Of a stretch of DNA of 47,696 bases, positions 1 to 11,577 are shown piece after piece. Made by a program: the position numbers and the translations under genes. The stretch's first letter is position 1. Each line of letters starts with the position of its first letter. Source of the stretch: Nemertoderma westbladi (taxonomy: Eukaryota > Animalia > Xenacoelomorpha); NCBI GenBank assembly GCA_032718475.1, contig JAUCBJ010002209.1:1-47696 (forward strand), given 5' to 3'. The notes under the pieces were generated by a model. That model did no database searches. It saw nothing but the letters and a program-made list of their open reading frames with translations, and had not been told where the DNA came from.

Positions 1-71
1 GTGGACATTTATATATTATATATTACTGTATTATACAGCCAGATATGCTGATATATTATTACTTTACTACA
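1..71 (+). repeat. 5' LTR (3' portion only), ends ...ACTACA
   Basis: Direct repeat of 4941-5011. Canonical CA end immediately followed by the TGG PBS. Confidence 0.93.
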
Positions 72-86
72 TGGCGCTGCGAGTAG
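72..86 (+). promoter_or_regulatory. Primer-binding site, probably tRNA-Ser
   Basis: TGGCGCTGCGAGTAG directly after the LTR is complementary to a tRNA 3' end ...CUCGCAGCG-CCA. The Ser assignment is from recalled metazoan tRNA-Ser acceptor stems. Confidence 0.8.
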
Positions 87-136
87 CTCTATCTACGATC
101 CGCCGGGGATCAATATAGACTCCAGCAGCTGATACG

Positions 137-1907
137 ATGTCGGTCGCCGGCGACACCGAATGGCTGGACCTCACCCCGGAGGAAATACAGCAGCTGGACC
201 GTCAGTCGCTGCTACAGTATTGTGCTGACGCCGGAGTTCATTACGACGGCCGAACTTCCACCCTAAACCTCCGCAAACGTTTAATCGCAACAATATCGGA
301 CGACACCCCCACGGTCCCACGTACTCCGGATTTCGCGATGATCCTCGCTAAACAACAGGCGGACTCGGATGCTCGCCTGGCTGCGGTTCTCGAGCAGACC
401 GAGGTCCGCATGGCGGAGCAACAGGCCCGATCCGACGCCCGGTTAATGGACCTCCTTGCCCAACTGGGTCGCCCTCAACCCAGTTGATCCAGCAGTTGAA
501 CCTGCCGCCGGAGCAGCCGCCGCCGCTGCACCGGTAAACCGACGGCGTCTCATCGACGTCACAAACCTTGACAGACTCGACACTACCGTCGACCTGCCCG
601 CTTTCCGCCGTTGGCGGAAAAGCTGGGATGTTAATGGACGTCGCCAGCAGGCGGAAACTTACCCGCGTGGGGAGCAAGTTTACGCCCTTATCTCTGCCCT
701 CGGTTCTGACCTACAGGAGGTCGTGTCAGTCACCCTCCACATCGACCTGAACAGCGTCGATACAACCACCGAACGAATTCTCGATGGACTGCAGGCCCAC
801 CTCCGCTCCAAACGGAGCATCGCCTTGGACCGCCTCGCATTCCATAAACGTCGACAGGGGCCCCAGGAACCCTTTGACGCGTTCCACGTCTCGTTGGTGG
901 AATTAGCGGATAACGCCGAACTCTGCAACCACTGCAGAGAAAACCAAATCGTGACACAGATTCTGGTCGGACTAAATTCCGCCGAAACCCAAACCGAACT
1001 GTTGAAGGTACTTCCCCAACCCACCCTCGAGGACTGCATAAAAATATGCCAGAGTTGGGAGGCCAGCGGAAAAAACCAGTCCATCCTGGGTGGTACCCGC
1101 TCCATCGCCAAAGTTTCACGGTACCAACAACAGCGGGGTCGCTCCCCTATGCGTAACGGAAATCCTAATCCCGGATACCAGAAACCCGGCTCCTCAGCGG
1201 GTCAACAACAATACAGGAGAAACCAAACCCCCAGCGGGGACCGCCGCAAAAACTGTGGCAATTGCGGCCACCCACATGCCCCCAACAGGGCTTCCTGCCC
1301 TGCCCGCGATATCGAATGTCATCGATGCGGGAAGATCGGGCACTTCCACACCGTATGCAGGTCCGGCGGATCCATTCCCAAAAATGCAAAAACACATACA
1401 GTTCTCCCCCGCAATTCCGTGAATCACCTCCAGTACCGGGCTGCCGTTTGCCAACTGGACTACGTTTCTGTGGGTCTGTCCAAATCCGGAACCGGCGACA
1501 TTCTGGGTACCATTCACCGCGCGCTACCGGACAGCGGCGCGGCTGCTTCAATCCTCAACGAGGATCTTTATCACGAGTTGGGGGGCCTCGACACATCTCT
1601 GCTTCCCTCCTCGGACCTAGATTTGGTGGCAGCAGACGGACTGCCCATCCAAACAAGAGGCCGCTACCCGGCCACTATCAAATGCGGAGAATCACGAACA
1701 ACGACGGAAATCGTAATCTCCCCAGAAACTGAAGGATTAATCCTCAGTAAGGCGGTGTGCATGGACTTAGGGATTCTCCCATCCAACTTTCCTACACCGA
1801 ACTCGCGAGGTCACAATCATTCCGCCAGATGGAACCTAGCGTCCCACATCCAGGCTGCCAAACCAGCCACCCCACTCCACATGTACCACAATCCGGACCG
1901 GTGCTAA
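137..1907 (+). pseudogene. gag: gag + aspartic protease, frameshifted at about 480
   Basis: ORF 137-487 joins ORF 456-1907 if one C is removed from CAACCCAGTT (gives ...GRPQPVDPAVEP). Mag-type Cys/His array CGNCGHPH...CPARDIECHRCGKIGHFHTVC. Protease motif LPDSGA. Confidence 0.88.
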
Positions 1908-4724
1908 ACCCAACCATACTCCTTGAGAAGTTTGCGGACGTGTTCGACGACGAGGCTGTCCCTCTCTCCACTATCCCCGGACCCCCAATGCACATCGATC
2001 TCAAGGATGGCGCCAAACCTTACCACGTTAACGGCGTCCGACCGATCCCTTTCGCACTCCGAAACGAGGTTAAGGTTCTACTGGACGACCTCGAACGCCG
2101 GAAAGTCATCCAGCGGGTGGATGAACCCACCGATTGGGCTCACCCGCTAACAGTCGCACGGAAACCTAGCGGGAAATTACGGTTGTGTGTGGACCTCCGC
2201 CACCTGAACTCCCAGGTAAAGCGACCATTTTACCCGACGCCAAATCCACGAATTGCTGTCGCGGAGGTCGCCACTACTGCGCGATATTTCTCCGTTTTCG
2301 ATGCCGCCCGTGGATATTGGCAGGTGCCCTTGGACGAGGAATCCCAGGCGCTCACCACATTCCTCACTCCATGGGGCCGGTACAAACACCTCCGCAGTGT
2401 AATGGGCCTAATCTCCTCCGGGGACGAGTTCAACCGCCGGGGCGACGACGCGCTCCGAGGACTTCCGCGGATGGTTAAAATAGTTGACGACGTTCTTCTA
2501 TTTGACAATACACTGGAGGAACACCTCAATAGTATCCAGCGATTCCTCGAGCGATGCCGGACCAGCGGTATCTGTCTACACCCCGCTAAAGTGCAACTCG
2601 CTCAACACGAAGTCAAGTTCGGTGGCTTCCTAGTTGGGGCCGACGGCATCCGCGCTGATCCGAACAAACTCAAGGCCATCGCCTGCTTTCCACGACCGGA
2701 TAATCTCACTGACCTGCGGAGCTTTGTGGGCCTTGTGGAGCAATTGGCTCCGTTCTCCGCATCCATTGCCAAGTCAATACTCCCACTCCGACCACTCCTC
2801 AGCATTAAATCTCAATACATATGGACCAGCGACCATGAACGAGCATTTGTCGCGACCAAAAACGCTCTCACTTCGCCTCCAGTCCTGGCTCCATTCGACG
2901 CATCACACGAAACTCGCCTTGTTACGGACGCTTCCCGCCTCAAAGGACTGGGCTACGCGCTCCTACAACTCCACGATACCGAGTGGAAACTTATCGAATG
3001 TGGATCCCGCTTCACAAGCGACACCGAGTCACGGTACGCCACAATCGAACTCGAACTCTTGGCCGTTGTCTGGGCGGTTACCAAATGCCGCACTTTCCTC
3101 CTCGGGCTCCCACACTTTCAGCTGGTCACTGACCACCAGCCATTGGTGAGCATTCTTAACACCAAAGGTTACAGCGACGTCGACAACTCCCGCATACAAC
3201 GGCTAAAGTCGAAACTCGCCCCCTACATTTTCACCACCACGTGGTGCCGCGGCAAGGACCATGCCATTCCCGATGCGCTGTCACGTTCCCCCGTGGACCA
3301 GCCCACCACTGCGGACCTTGTGGAAGATGGTGAAACCGCTTTCCACCTCCGCACCGTCACTCTCGGTACCGTCTCCTCCATCGCCGGGGACGACCATCTG
3401 GAGGACCCTGTCCTCGCAGAACTTTCAGTGGTTGCCAGGGAGGACCCACACTATGTGGCTCTCCACACCACGGTTCAGACCGGTTTCCCCCCCACTTCGC
3501 GTAATGACCCCGCAGTGGGCATCTATTGGTCGATTCGAGACTCACTCACCACCGACGGTGACCTAGTTCTCTACGGCCAGCGTCTTATTATCCCCGCAGC
3601 AGCACGCCAGACTACTTTGGAACGCCTCCACACTCCTCACCAAGGCGTTGATAAATCGCTGCGACGAGCCCGGCAGTGCGTCTACTGGCACGGGCTCACC
3701 AATGACGTCAGGACATCAGTGGCCAGCTGCCCATCCTGTTTACGCCACCGGGCGACCCCGCCCAAAGAACCATTCCTGGAGGAACCCCCACCCACCCGCG
3801 TGTTCGAGGACGTCTCTGCAGACTTCTTCTCCCTCAATGGTCGCCACTTCCTCGCTATGGCGGACCGCTACAGTGGCTGGCCGGAGCTATATACCTTCCC
3901 AAGTCCTCCAAATGCCATTCAAACCACCAACGCCCTCCGCCAGTGGTTTATTCGATACGGCATCCCTACCCGGCTCCGCTCAGACGGCGGAACACCACTC
4001 ACAGCCGCCACAACTACCGACTTCCTACGTGAGTGGGGCGTTACCCCGGTTACCTCATCTGCGGAATACCCCCAGGGTAATGGTCATGCTGAGGCCACGG
4101 TAAAGGCCCTCAAAGGCCTCCTCAGCAAAACGGGAGGGTCCCCAAATTCGGCAGCTTTCACTGAGGGTCTCCTGGCCCTCCGCTAACAGCCCTCGTGAGA
4201 GCGGATTCTCGCCGTCCCAGATCCTTTACGGGCACCCACTACGAACACGCATTCCCGCGCACCATAGTGCCTTCAAATCAGACCACCAGGCCGCTAGGCG
4301 GCGCCTGGACGAGGTCTCCCCAGCGTTACATGCTGCCCGAGTCACCAACTACAATAAAGCGGCTCACAACCTCCCTCCCCTTGCAGTCAACGACCCAGTC
4401 CTCATCCAGGACCCCCGTACCAAGCGGTGGAACCGCAAGGGTACGGTTGTAGAGACTGCACCCCACCGGAAACTCACGGTCCGGACCCCCTCCAGCCGCA
4501 CCATCACCCGGAATCGTCGGTTCCTACTCCGTGACACCTCCCTCCCAGGGTCTTCCGGCGATGCCAAACTCCTGGCCAATACACCAGCGGCCGCGGCAGA
4601 CATTGACTCATCCCGGCCACCTAAAACTGTCACATGGGACCACCAGCTGGTCCAAGCCCACACGAGCCCAGCACAACCCCGCAGATATCCCTCTAGGCGC
4701 AGAAAACCACCTGTGCGTTTATAA
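1757..4724 (+). pseudogene. pol: pol: reverse transcriptase, RNase H, integrase (frameshift at 4184)
   Basis: RT: LRLCVDLR, DAARGYWQ, KIVDDVL. RNase H: TDAS, YATIELELLAV, TDHQPL. IN: HTPH..CPSC, ADFF, RSDGG, GHAEATV. Removing T4184 continues the frame as RNSPRESGFSPSQILYGHPLRT...RNRRFL...RRKPPVRL to TAA 4722-4724. Confidence 0.93.
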
Positions 4725-4742
4725 CTCGCTACACACGAGCTC

Positions 4743-4751
4743 GAAGGGGGG
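4743..4751 (+). promoter_or_regulatory. Polypurine tract
   Basis: GAAGGGGGG immediately before the TGTAGT LTR start. Confidence 0.85.
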
Positions 4752-5011
4752 TGTAGTGACATCAGGACTTCAGACTATATTACATGGCTCGCCCCATATA
4801 CATAGGCCATGCGACTACTGATATATAGGACTCAGTACTAACTGCAGTATCACGGTTTTACATAGTTTGGCCTTGGGTATATCTCCGTACTGCATGCATC
4901 AGTACTGCATGCACTACCGGGATACATTGCACTTCTGTACGTGGACATTTATATATTATATATTACTGTATTATACAGCCAGATATGTTGCTATATTATT
5001 ACTTTACTATA
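4752..5011 (+). repeat. 3' LTR (260 bp), TGTAGT...ACTATA
   Basis: Starts with TG after the PPT. Last 71 bp match 1-71. Terminal inverted repeat TGTAGT/ACTACA, with CA mutated to TA in this copy. Confidence 0.92.
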
Positions 5012-5059
5012 ATCTCTATAGAATCTAAAAAAAACCACAGGGGGGGGGGGTTGGTGGGG

Positions 5060-5912
5060 GTGGAGGAAGGGTCGAGGAAATCCTGCCACCTACCTAACTG
5101 ATCTAGACTTTGCTGATGACTTAGCAGTACTCTCAGAATCACTAGAGGGAGCCCAACGGCTCCTCAGCTCATTAGAACATGCTGCTTCTAGTGTTGGTCT
5201 TTTTATTAACTCCAGAAAGACCAAAATTTTGACAGTTAACTTTGAAAGTCCTCAGCAAGTCTCGGATCGGATGAGCATAAGCTCAAAGGATGGTATGCTT
5301 GAGCATGTGGATGACTTCTGTTACCTGGGATCATGGATCCGGAAGTCAGGCGAGGACCTTCGAATACGTAAGGGAAAGGCATGGGCAGCCTTGAATAGGC
5401 TTTCCAGGATTTGGAAGACACCGAGAATTAATCGGAAACTTAAGGTCCGATTACTTAGAGCAGCAGTAGTTCCAGTACTCCTCTATGGGAGTCCATGCTG
5501 GGCTCTAACTGCTGAGGACACTAAATCTCTGGATGGCACATTCACAAGAATGCTACACCGGGTTCATTGTGTCAAGTACAATGCACACATCTCCAGCCAG
5601 ATATTATATAACATTGGAGGTGTCTCATTGGTTCTCCCAAGCTTGACACTAGATCAAAATCGCCTCCCCTTTGCAGGACATTGCTTTCGCCGTGAGGACC
5701 AGCCTGTGCATAATCTTATGCTTTGGCAGCCTCACGGGGCGAATAAGCATGGTGGACTCCAATGACTTTCTTGAGACGTATATTAAAGGACACTGGCTTT
5801 GAGGATGCGGTTGATCTAGCAAATGTCATGGGTGATAGGGAGTTGTGGCGCCGCAATCTTGTCGACAAGTCGGCAAAGCATTCTTAATATATATATATAA
5901 TATATATATATA
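5060..5912 (+). mobile_element. RTE-type non-LTR retrotransposon 3' fragment (RT C-terminal half), degenerate, with (TA)n tail
   Basis: The frame of ORF 5229-5765 extends upstream to PATYLTDLDFADDLAVLS (5091 onward). Contains FCYLGSWI, VLLYGS, FAGHCFRR. After a frameshift at about 5755 it continues ...MGDRELWRR..KHS* (TAA 5885-5887), then a TA-rich tail. Confidence 0.88.
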
Positions 5913-6517
5913 ATGCAGCTGCAATGCAGCATGCCGATCGTAGTAGTGGTTCATTCACTACACTACTTTCGTTCATGTAAAAATGCACTCGTACCAGCAC
6001 ACTGTAAAGTGCTACTTTGCACACAAGTACTGTATGTAAATAGTTATTATTATAAGTGTTAGTAACATATTACCTACTGCTGTACAAAGGAAAATGTATT
6101 TTTTATTGATTTATTTCAGACGAGTTAAGCACTTAAACAGCTAACAGCTACAGTACGTCAATTAACCCTGTATAAGGTTGCCTCTACTCTTACCCACGTG
6201 ACAGAGAAGATCCTCACCCATCTCGCTGGCTATCAACCTATCGATTCATCGAGTTTGGAGTAAGAAAATAAGATTTCTAGATTTACCGCTGACTTTCAAT
6301 CAACATGCAAATTTCAAAGTCTTTTTTAAAGTTCACCCTCAAAAGCTCCTGGTCATGAATATTTATTTGGTTTTTGTCGTTTTTTTACTTGAAATGAAAT
6401 ATTTTTAAATTGGCCCTTTTGTGCCACCAAAAAAATTACACATTTTGTATCAATTATAAAAAAAAAATGTGTACATGCCCTTGCAGGCGCTTGGGGAATA
6501 AAACACCACTCGTACCG

Positions 6518-8290
6518 TAATGTTATAAAGTGATGTTTATTTGTATACTGTAGTAAAGCTATAAAGTGTTGTTTATTTGTATAGTAATGCTATAAAGTCC
6601 TGTTAATTTGTATAGTAATGCTAAGAAGTGCTGTTTATTTGTATAATAATGCTAAGAAGTGCTGTTTATTTGTATAGTAATGCTAAGAAGTTATGTTTAT
6701 TTGTATAGTAATGCTAAGAAGTGCTGTTTATTTGTATAGTAATGCTAAGAAGTGCTGTTTATTTGTATAGTAATGCTAAGAAGTGATGTTTATTTGTATA
6801 GTAATGCTAAGAAGTGCTGTTTATTTGTATAGTAATGCTATAAAGTGCTGTTTATTTGTATAGTAGTGCTAAGAAGTGCTGTTTATTTGTATAGTAATGC
6901 TAAGAAGTGCTGTTTATTTGTATAGTAATGCTAAGACGTGCTGTTTATTTGTATAGTAATGCTAAGAAGTGCTGTTTATTTGTATAGTAATGCCATAAAG
7001 TGCTGTTTATTTGTATATTAATGCTAAGAAGTGCTGTTTATTTGTATAGTAATGCTAAGAAGTGCTGTTTATTTGTATAGTAATGCTAAGAAGTGTTGTT
7101 TATTTGTATAGTAATGCTAAGAAGTGCTGTTTATTTGTATAGTAATGCTAAGAAGTGCTGTTAATTTGTATAGTAATGCTAAGAAGTGCTGTTTATTTGT
7201 ATAGTAATGCTAAGAAGTGCTGTTTATTTGTATAGTAGTGCTAAGAAGTGCTGTTTATTTGTATAGTAATGCTATAAAGTGCTGTTTATTTGTATAGTAA
7301 TGGTAAGAAGTGCTGTTAATTTGTATAGTAATGTTAAGAAGTGCTGTTTATTTGTATAGTGTAATGCTAAGAAGTGCTGTTTATTTGTATAGTAATGCTA
7401 AGAAGTGCTGTTTATTTGTATAGTAATGCTAAGAAGTGCTGTTTATTTGTATAGTAATGCTAAGACGTGCTGTTTATTTGTATAGTAATGCTAAGAAGTG
7501 CTGTTTATTTGTATAGTAATGCCATAAAGTGCTGTTTATTTGTATATTAATGCTAAGAAGTGCTGTTTATTTGTATAGTAATGCTAAGAAGTGTTGTTTA
7601 TTTGTATAGTAATGCTAAGAAGTGCTGTTTATTTGTATAGTAGTGCTAAGAAGTGCTGTTTATTTGTATAGTAATGCTAAGAAGTGCTGTTTATTTGTAT
7701 AGTAATGCTAAGAAGTGCTGTTTATTTGTATAGTATGCTAAGAAGTGCTGTTTATTTGTATAGTAATGCTAAGAAGTGTTGTTTATTTGTATAGTAATGC
7801 TAAGAAGTGCTGTTTATTTGTATAGTAGTGCTAAGAAGTGCTGTTTATTTGTATAGTAATGCTAAGAAGTGCTGTTTATTTGTATAGTAATGCTAAGAAG
7901 TGCTGTTTATTTGTATAGTATGCTAAGAAGTGCTGTTTATTTGTATAGTAATGCTAAGAAGTGCTGTTTATTTGTATAGTAATGCTAAGAAGTTCTGTTT
8001 ATTTGTATAGTAATGCTAAGAAGTGCTGTTTATTTGTATAGTAATGCTAAGAAGTGCTGTTTATTTGTATAGTAATGCTAAGAAGTGCTGTTTATTTGTA
8101 TAGTAATGCTAAGAAGTGCTGTTTATTTGTATAGTAATGCTAAGAAGTGCTGTTTATTTGTATAGTAATGCTAAGAAGTGCTGTTTATTTGTATAGTAAT
8201 GCTAAGAAGTGCTGTTTATTTGTATAGTAATGCTAAGAAGTGCTGTTTACTTGTATAGTAATGCTATAAAGTGCTGTTTATTTGTATAGT
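6518..8290. repeat. 31-bp satellite block 1 (about 57 units), TAGTAATGCTAAGAAGTGCTGTTTATTTGTA
   Basis: Head-to-tail 31-bp period, with degenerate units at the left edge. Confidence 0.97.
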
Positions 8291-10900
8291 TTGTTCATTC
8301 CATATTCAAAAGTTAGAAAGCGTTCTAAGAAACCGAAGTGGATGTCTAAAAATATATGGCAGTTGATTAGCATCAAACGGAAATTATGGGACTCCTATAC
8401 GAAAACACCATCAACAACAATGTACAATGAATACAAATCCATACGTAATCAATGTCCAAAGGCACAGGTCCGCCAAGCACAATACAGGCACAATACAACT
8501 ACGAAAAGGCATCAGCTTCAAATGCTGCAACAAACCCTAAAGAGTTCTGGAAATACATTCACTCAAAACGAACAATAAAGCCATCAGTTCACAACCTCAT
8601 CGACATGGCCGGCAATCTAGTTACTAACAACAAAGATAAAGCGACAGTTCTAAATAATCACTACCACTTGATATCTACTAGTGAAATACTCCCCATTCCC
8701 ACAGTTCAGGACACCCCTACATACAATGCGCCACTTGTAACCATTGATTTCACCCCAGATATTGTACTGGAAGCGATAGGTAAAATTAACTCTTCCAGTG
8801 CACCTGGCCCCGATGGAATTTATCCAATTATGTTGGTTGAACTATCGCCTGTACTTATAACACCTCTCTCAACGATGTTTCAACAATCTATGGACGCTGC
8901 GAAAGTACCAACCGAATGGAAACAAGCCAATATAACCCCCATATTTAAACGAGGTAAGAAGACATCTCCCGAAAACTACAGAAAGGTCAGTTTAACTTCT
9001 GTAATCTCAAAATTAATGGAACGAATTGTGGTTGCTGGTATGTGGACTCACCTAAAAGAAAACGTTTTAATGGCAAATCAACAATATGGATTTCAAATGG
9101 GTCGATCCTGTACACTTCAATTGCTGGATGTAATTTATAACTGGTCGCTGGCAGTGGACAACAAACAATGTACTGACATAGTATACTTGGACTTCTCAAA
9201 GGCTTTTGATGCTGTTCCCCATAAGAGGTTAATACACAAACTAGAGTCTCTTGGCTTTGCAGGGAACCTTCTAGGATGGATTGAAGACTTCTTGTCGGAT
9301 CGAGTGCAGAGGGTGGTTGTTGAAGGAGAATTCTCGGATTGGTTGGCAGTGCGCAGTGGAGTCCCACAAGGAAGTCTGGCGGCTGTGCTTTGCTTTCTCT
9401 GCTATGTGAATGACCTACCATCTCTTGTTCGATTTTTAATTTATTTATTTGCGGACGACACTAAGGACTCAGTAGTTTTTAATCCACACCCATGCCCTGC
9501 GATTGGTCCCTTACAATCGGACTTAGACATTCTTTACAACTGGAGTTTGACGTGGCAGTTGAGTTTCAACTTTACAAAATGTAAAATTATGCATATAGGA
9601 TACGACAACCCTTGCCTTCCATATCAACTTGGTGATCACATTCTAGAACGGACATCCAAAGAAAAAGACCTTGGTGTTATATTCCAAAATGACCTTTCAT
9701 TCGGCCACCATATTGCAACGATCGTGAAAAAAGCAAACCGAACTCTTGGATTAATATATCGGACATTCAAGCACCTGGATGGGGATATCTTCATCAGTCT
9801 CTACAAAGCCCTCGTACGACCAACACTGGAGTATGCCTCCACCGTCTGGTCGCCACATCGGATCGGAGAGACACGGCTGATTGAATCAGTCCAACGGCGA
9901 GCTACTCGGTTAGTAGCCAACCTGCGAGACACACCGTACCCTCTTCGCTTGCGGCAACTGGGCCTCCCGACCCTCGAGTATCGTCGCCACCGCGCTGACC
10001 TCGTCCAGGTCTATCGGTATCTGTCGGGTCTTGAGTCAGTCGACCATCTATTTACTCTCTCCTCCAGCAGTACTCGCGGCCATTCCTTAAAACTCCAGAA
10101 ACCACATGCGAGATTACTCCAACGGAACTCTACCTTCCACTTCCGGGTCATTGACCCATGGAATGCACTGACCGATAATATAGTCACCTCACCCTCGCTA
10201 AACACCTTCAAATCCAGGCTGAACACTCATTATAAACATTTACCCCTGAAATTCACCCCCTCGTGGTGGAACCTCACATAATCCACTTATTACCTGCATT
10301 AATAATCACCAACTTTTATTCATCACATTAACGTTGTTTTATCTATCATATATTTTAAAATTTTTTAATTACAACACCAACTTTCATTCGTTGTTTTATC
10401 ATATATTTTTAAATTTTCAATTACAGCACCAACTATGTTCTATCATATATTTTTAAATCTTTAATTACAACACCAACTTTCATTCGTTGTTTTATCATAT
10501 ATTTTTTATATTTTTAATTAATTTTATTTCATTTTTTAACAAACCTTTTTTACAAACGAGGTTTTAAATAATCTCTATGAATTCAAAGATATGTTATACC
10601 TATTATATGTAAAACCTTTTAGTGTAATCTACTGATCCTCCAATTTTTATTCAACATATAATTATTTTACTTAGAGGTTAAACTTTTTTTTTTAACTATT
10701 ATTCGCGAACTAGTAGTTTTAACCAGATTTTAACCATTACATATGCTATTTTAAATATAATTTATGTAGTTCTAACATAACTTATTTACATATATCAACG
10801 TACTTAGATTTATTTTGTATTATTGTTCGATTGTTGATTTTAATTGTACAGGTTCAACAAGCTTAGGCTTTCTAATACCTTAAACATTAAACATTAAACA
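8291..10900 (+). mobile_element. CR1/L2-group LINE, 5'-truncated (no endonuclease), AT-rich 3' UTR, (TTAAACA)3 tail
   Basis: RT ORF 8452-10281. Tail at about 10880-10900. Flanked by a short duplication (A)TAGT of satellite sequence. Confidence 0.9.
8452..10281 (+). CDS. CR1-like ORF2 remnant: reverse transcriptase
   Basis: APGPDGI, ANITPIFKRG, YLDFSKAFDAVPH, SGVPQGS, LFADDTK, EKDLGV, VRPTLEYASTVWSP, TRGHSLKL, FKSRL. The upstream part (KPKWM..., ORF 8282-8578) is separated by a short duplication GCACAATACA at about 8477-8497. Confidence 0.9.
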   Translation: MSKGTGPPSTIQAQYNYEKASASNAATNPKEFWKYIHSKRTIKPSVHNLIDMAGNLVTNNKDKATVLNNHYHLISTSEILPIPTVQDTPTYNAPLVTIDFTPDIVLEAIGKINSSSAPGPDGIYPIMLVELSPVLITPLSTMFQQSMDAAKVPTEWKQANITPIFKRGKKTSPENYRKVSLTSVISKLMERIVVAGMWTHLKENVLMANQQYGFQMGRSCTLQLLDVIYNWSLAVDNKQCTDIVYLDFSKAFDAVPHKRLIHKLESLGFAGNLLGWIEDFLSDRVQRVVVEGEFSDWLAVRSGVPQGSLAAVLCFLCYVNDLPSLVRFLIYLFADDTKDSVVFNPHPCPAIGPLQSDLDILYNWSLTWQLSFNFTKCKIMHIGYDNPCLPYQLGDHILERTSKEKDLGVIFQNDLSFGHHIATIVKKANRTLGLIYRTFKHLDGDIFISLYKALVRPTLEYASTVWSPHRIGETRLIESVQRRATRLVANLRDTPYPLRLRQLGLPTLEYRRHRADLVQVYRYLSGLESVDHLFTLSSSSTRGHSLKLQKPHARLLQRNSTFHFRVIDPWNALTDNIVTSPSLNTFKSRLNTHYKHLPLKFTPSWWNLT

Positions 10901-11577
10901 TAGTAATGCTAAGAAGTGCTGTTTATTTGTATAGTAATGCTAAGAAGTGCTGTTTATTTGTATAGTAATGCTAAGAAGTGCTGTTTATTTGTATAGTAAT
11001 GCTAAGAAGTGCTGTTTATTTGTATAGTAATGCTAAGAAGTGCTGTTTATTTGTATAGTAATGCTAAGAAGTGCTGTTTATTTGTATAGTAATGCTAAGA
11101 AGTGCTGTTTATTTGTATAGTAATGCTAAGAAGTGCTGTTTATTTGTATAGTAATGCTAAGAAGTGCTGTTTATTTGTATAGTAATGCTAAGAAGTGCTG
11201 TTTATTTGTATAGTAATGCTAAGAAGTGCTGTTTTTTTTGTATAGTAATGCTAAGAAGTGCTGTTTATTTGTATATTAATGCTAAGAAGTGCTGTTTATT
11301 TGTATAGTAATGCTAAGAAGTGCTGTTTATTTGTATAGTAATGCTAAGAAGTGCTGTTTATTTGTATAGTAATGCTAAGAAGTGCTGTTTATTTGTATAG
11401 TAATGCTAAGAAGTGCTGTTTATTTGTATAGTAATGCTAAGAAGTGCTGTTTATTTGTATATTAATGCTAAGAAGTGCTGTTTATTTGTATAGTAATGCT
11501 AAGAAGTGCTGTTAATTTGTATAGTAATGCTATAAAGTGCTGTTTATTTGTATTGTAATGATAAGAAGTGCTGTTTA
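10901..11577. repeat. 31-bp satellite block 2 (about 22 units)
   Basis: Same unit as block 1, lying between the two LINE 3' ends. Confidence 0.97.

Larger units (their letters stand above)
1..5011 (+). mobile_element. Ty3/Gypsy LTR retrotransposon, Mag-like clade, degenerate (3 frameshifts); 5' LTR cut by the window edge
   Basis: 1-71 matches 4941-5011 (3 mismatches). PBS follows the 5' LTR and PPT precedes the 3' LTR. Domain order is gag(CCHC)-protease-RT-RNaseH-integrase. Confidence 0.95.

Noticed and set aside
348-4821. Alternative-frame and antisense ORFs in the Gypsy element, including a possible env
   Set aside because: Shadows of GC-rich gag/pol. The region after 4186 is the frameshifted integrase tail, which ends 27 bp before the LTR and leaves no room for env.
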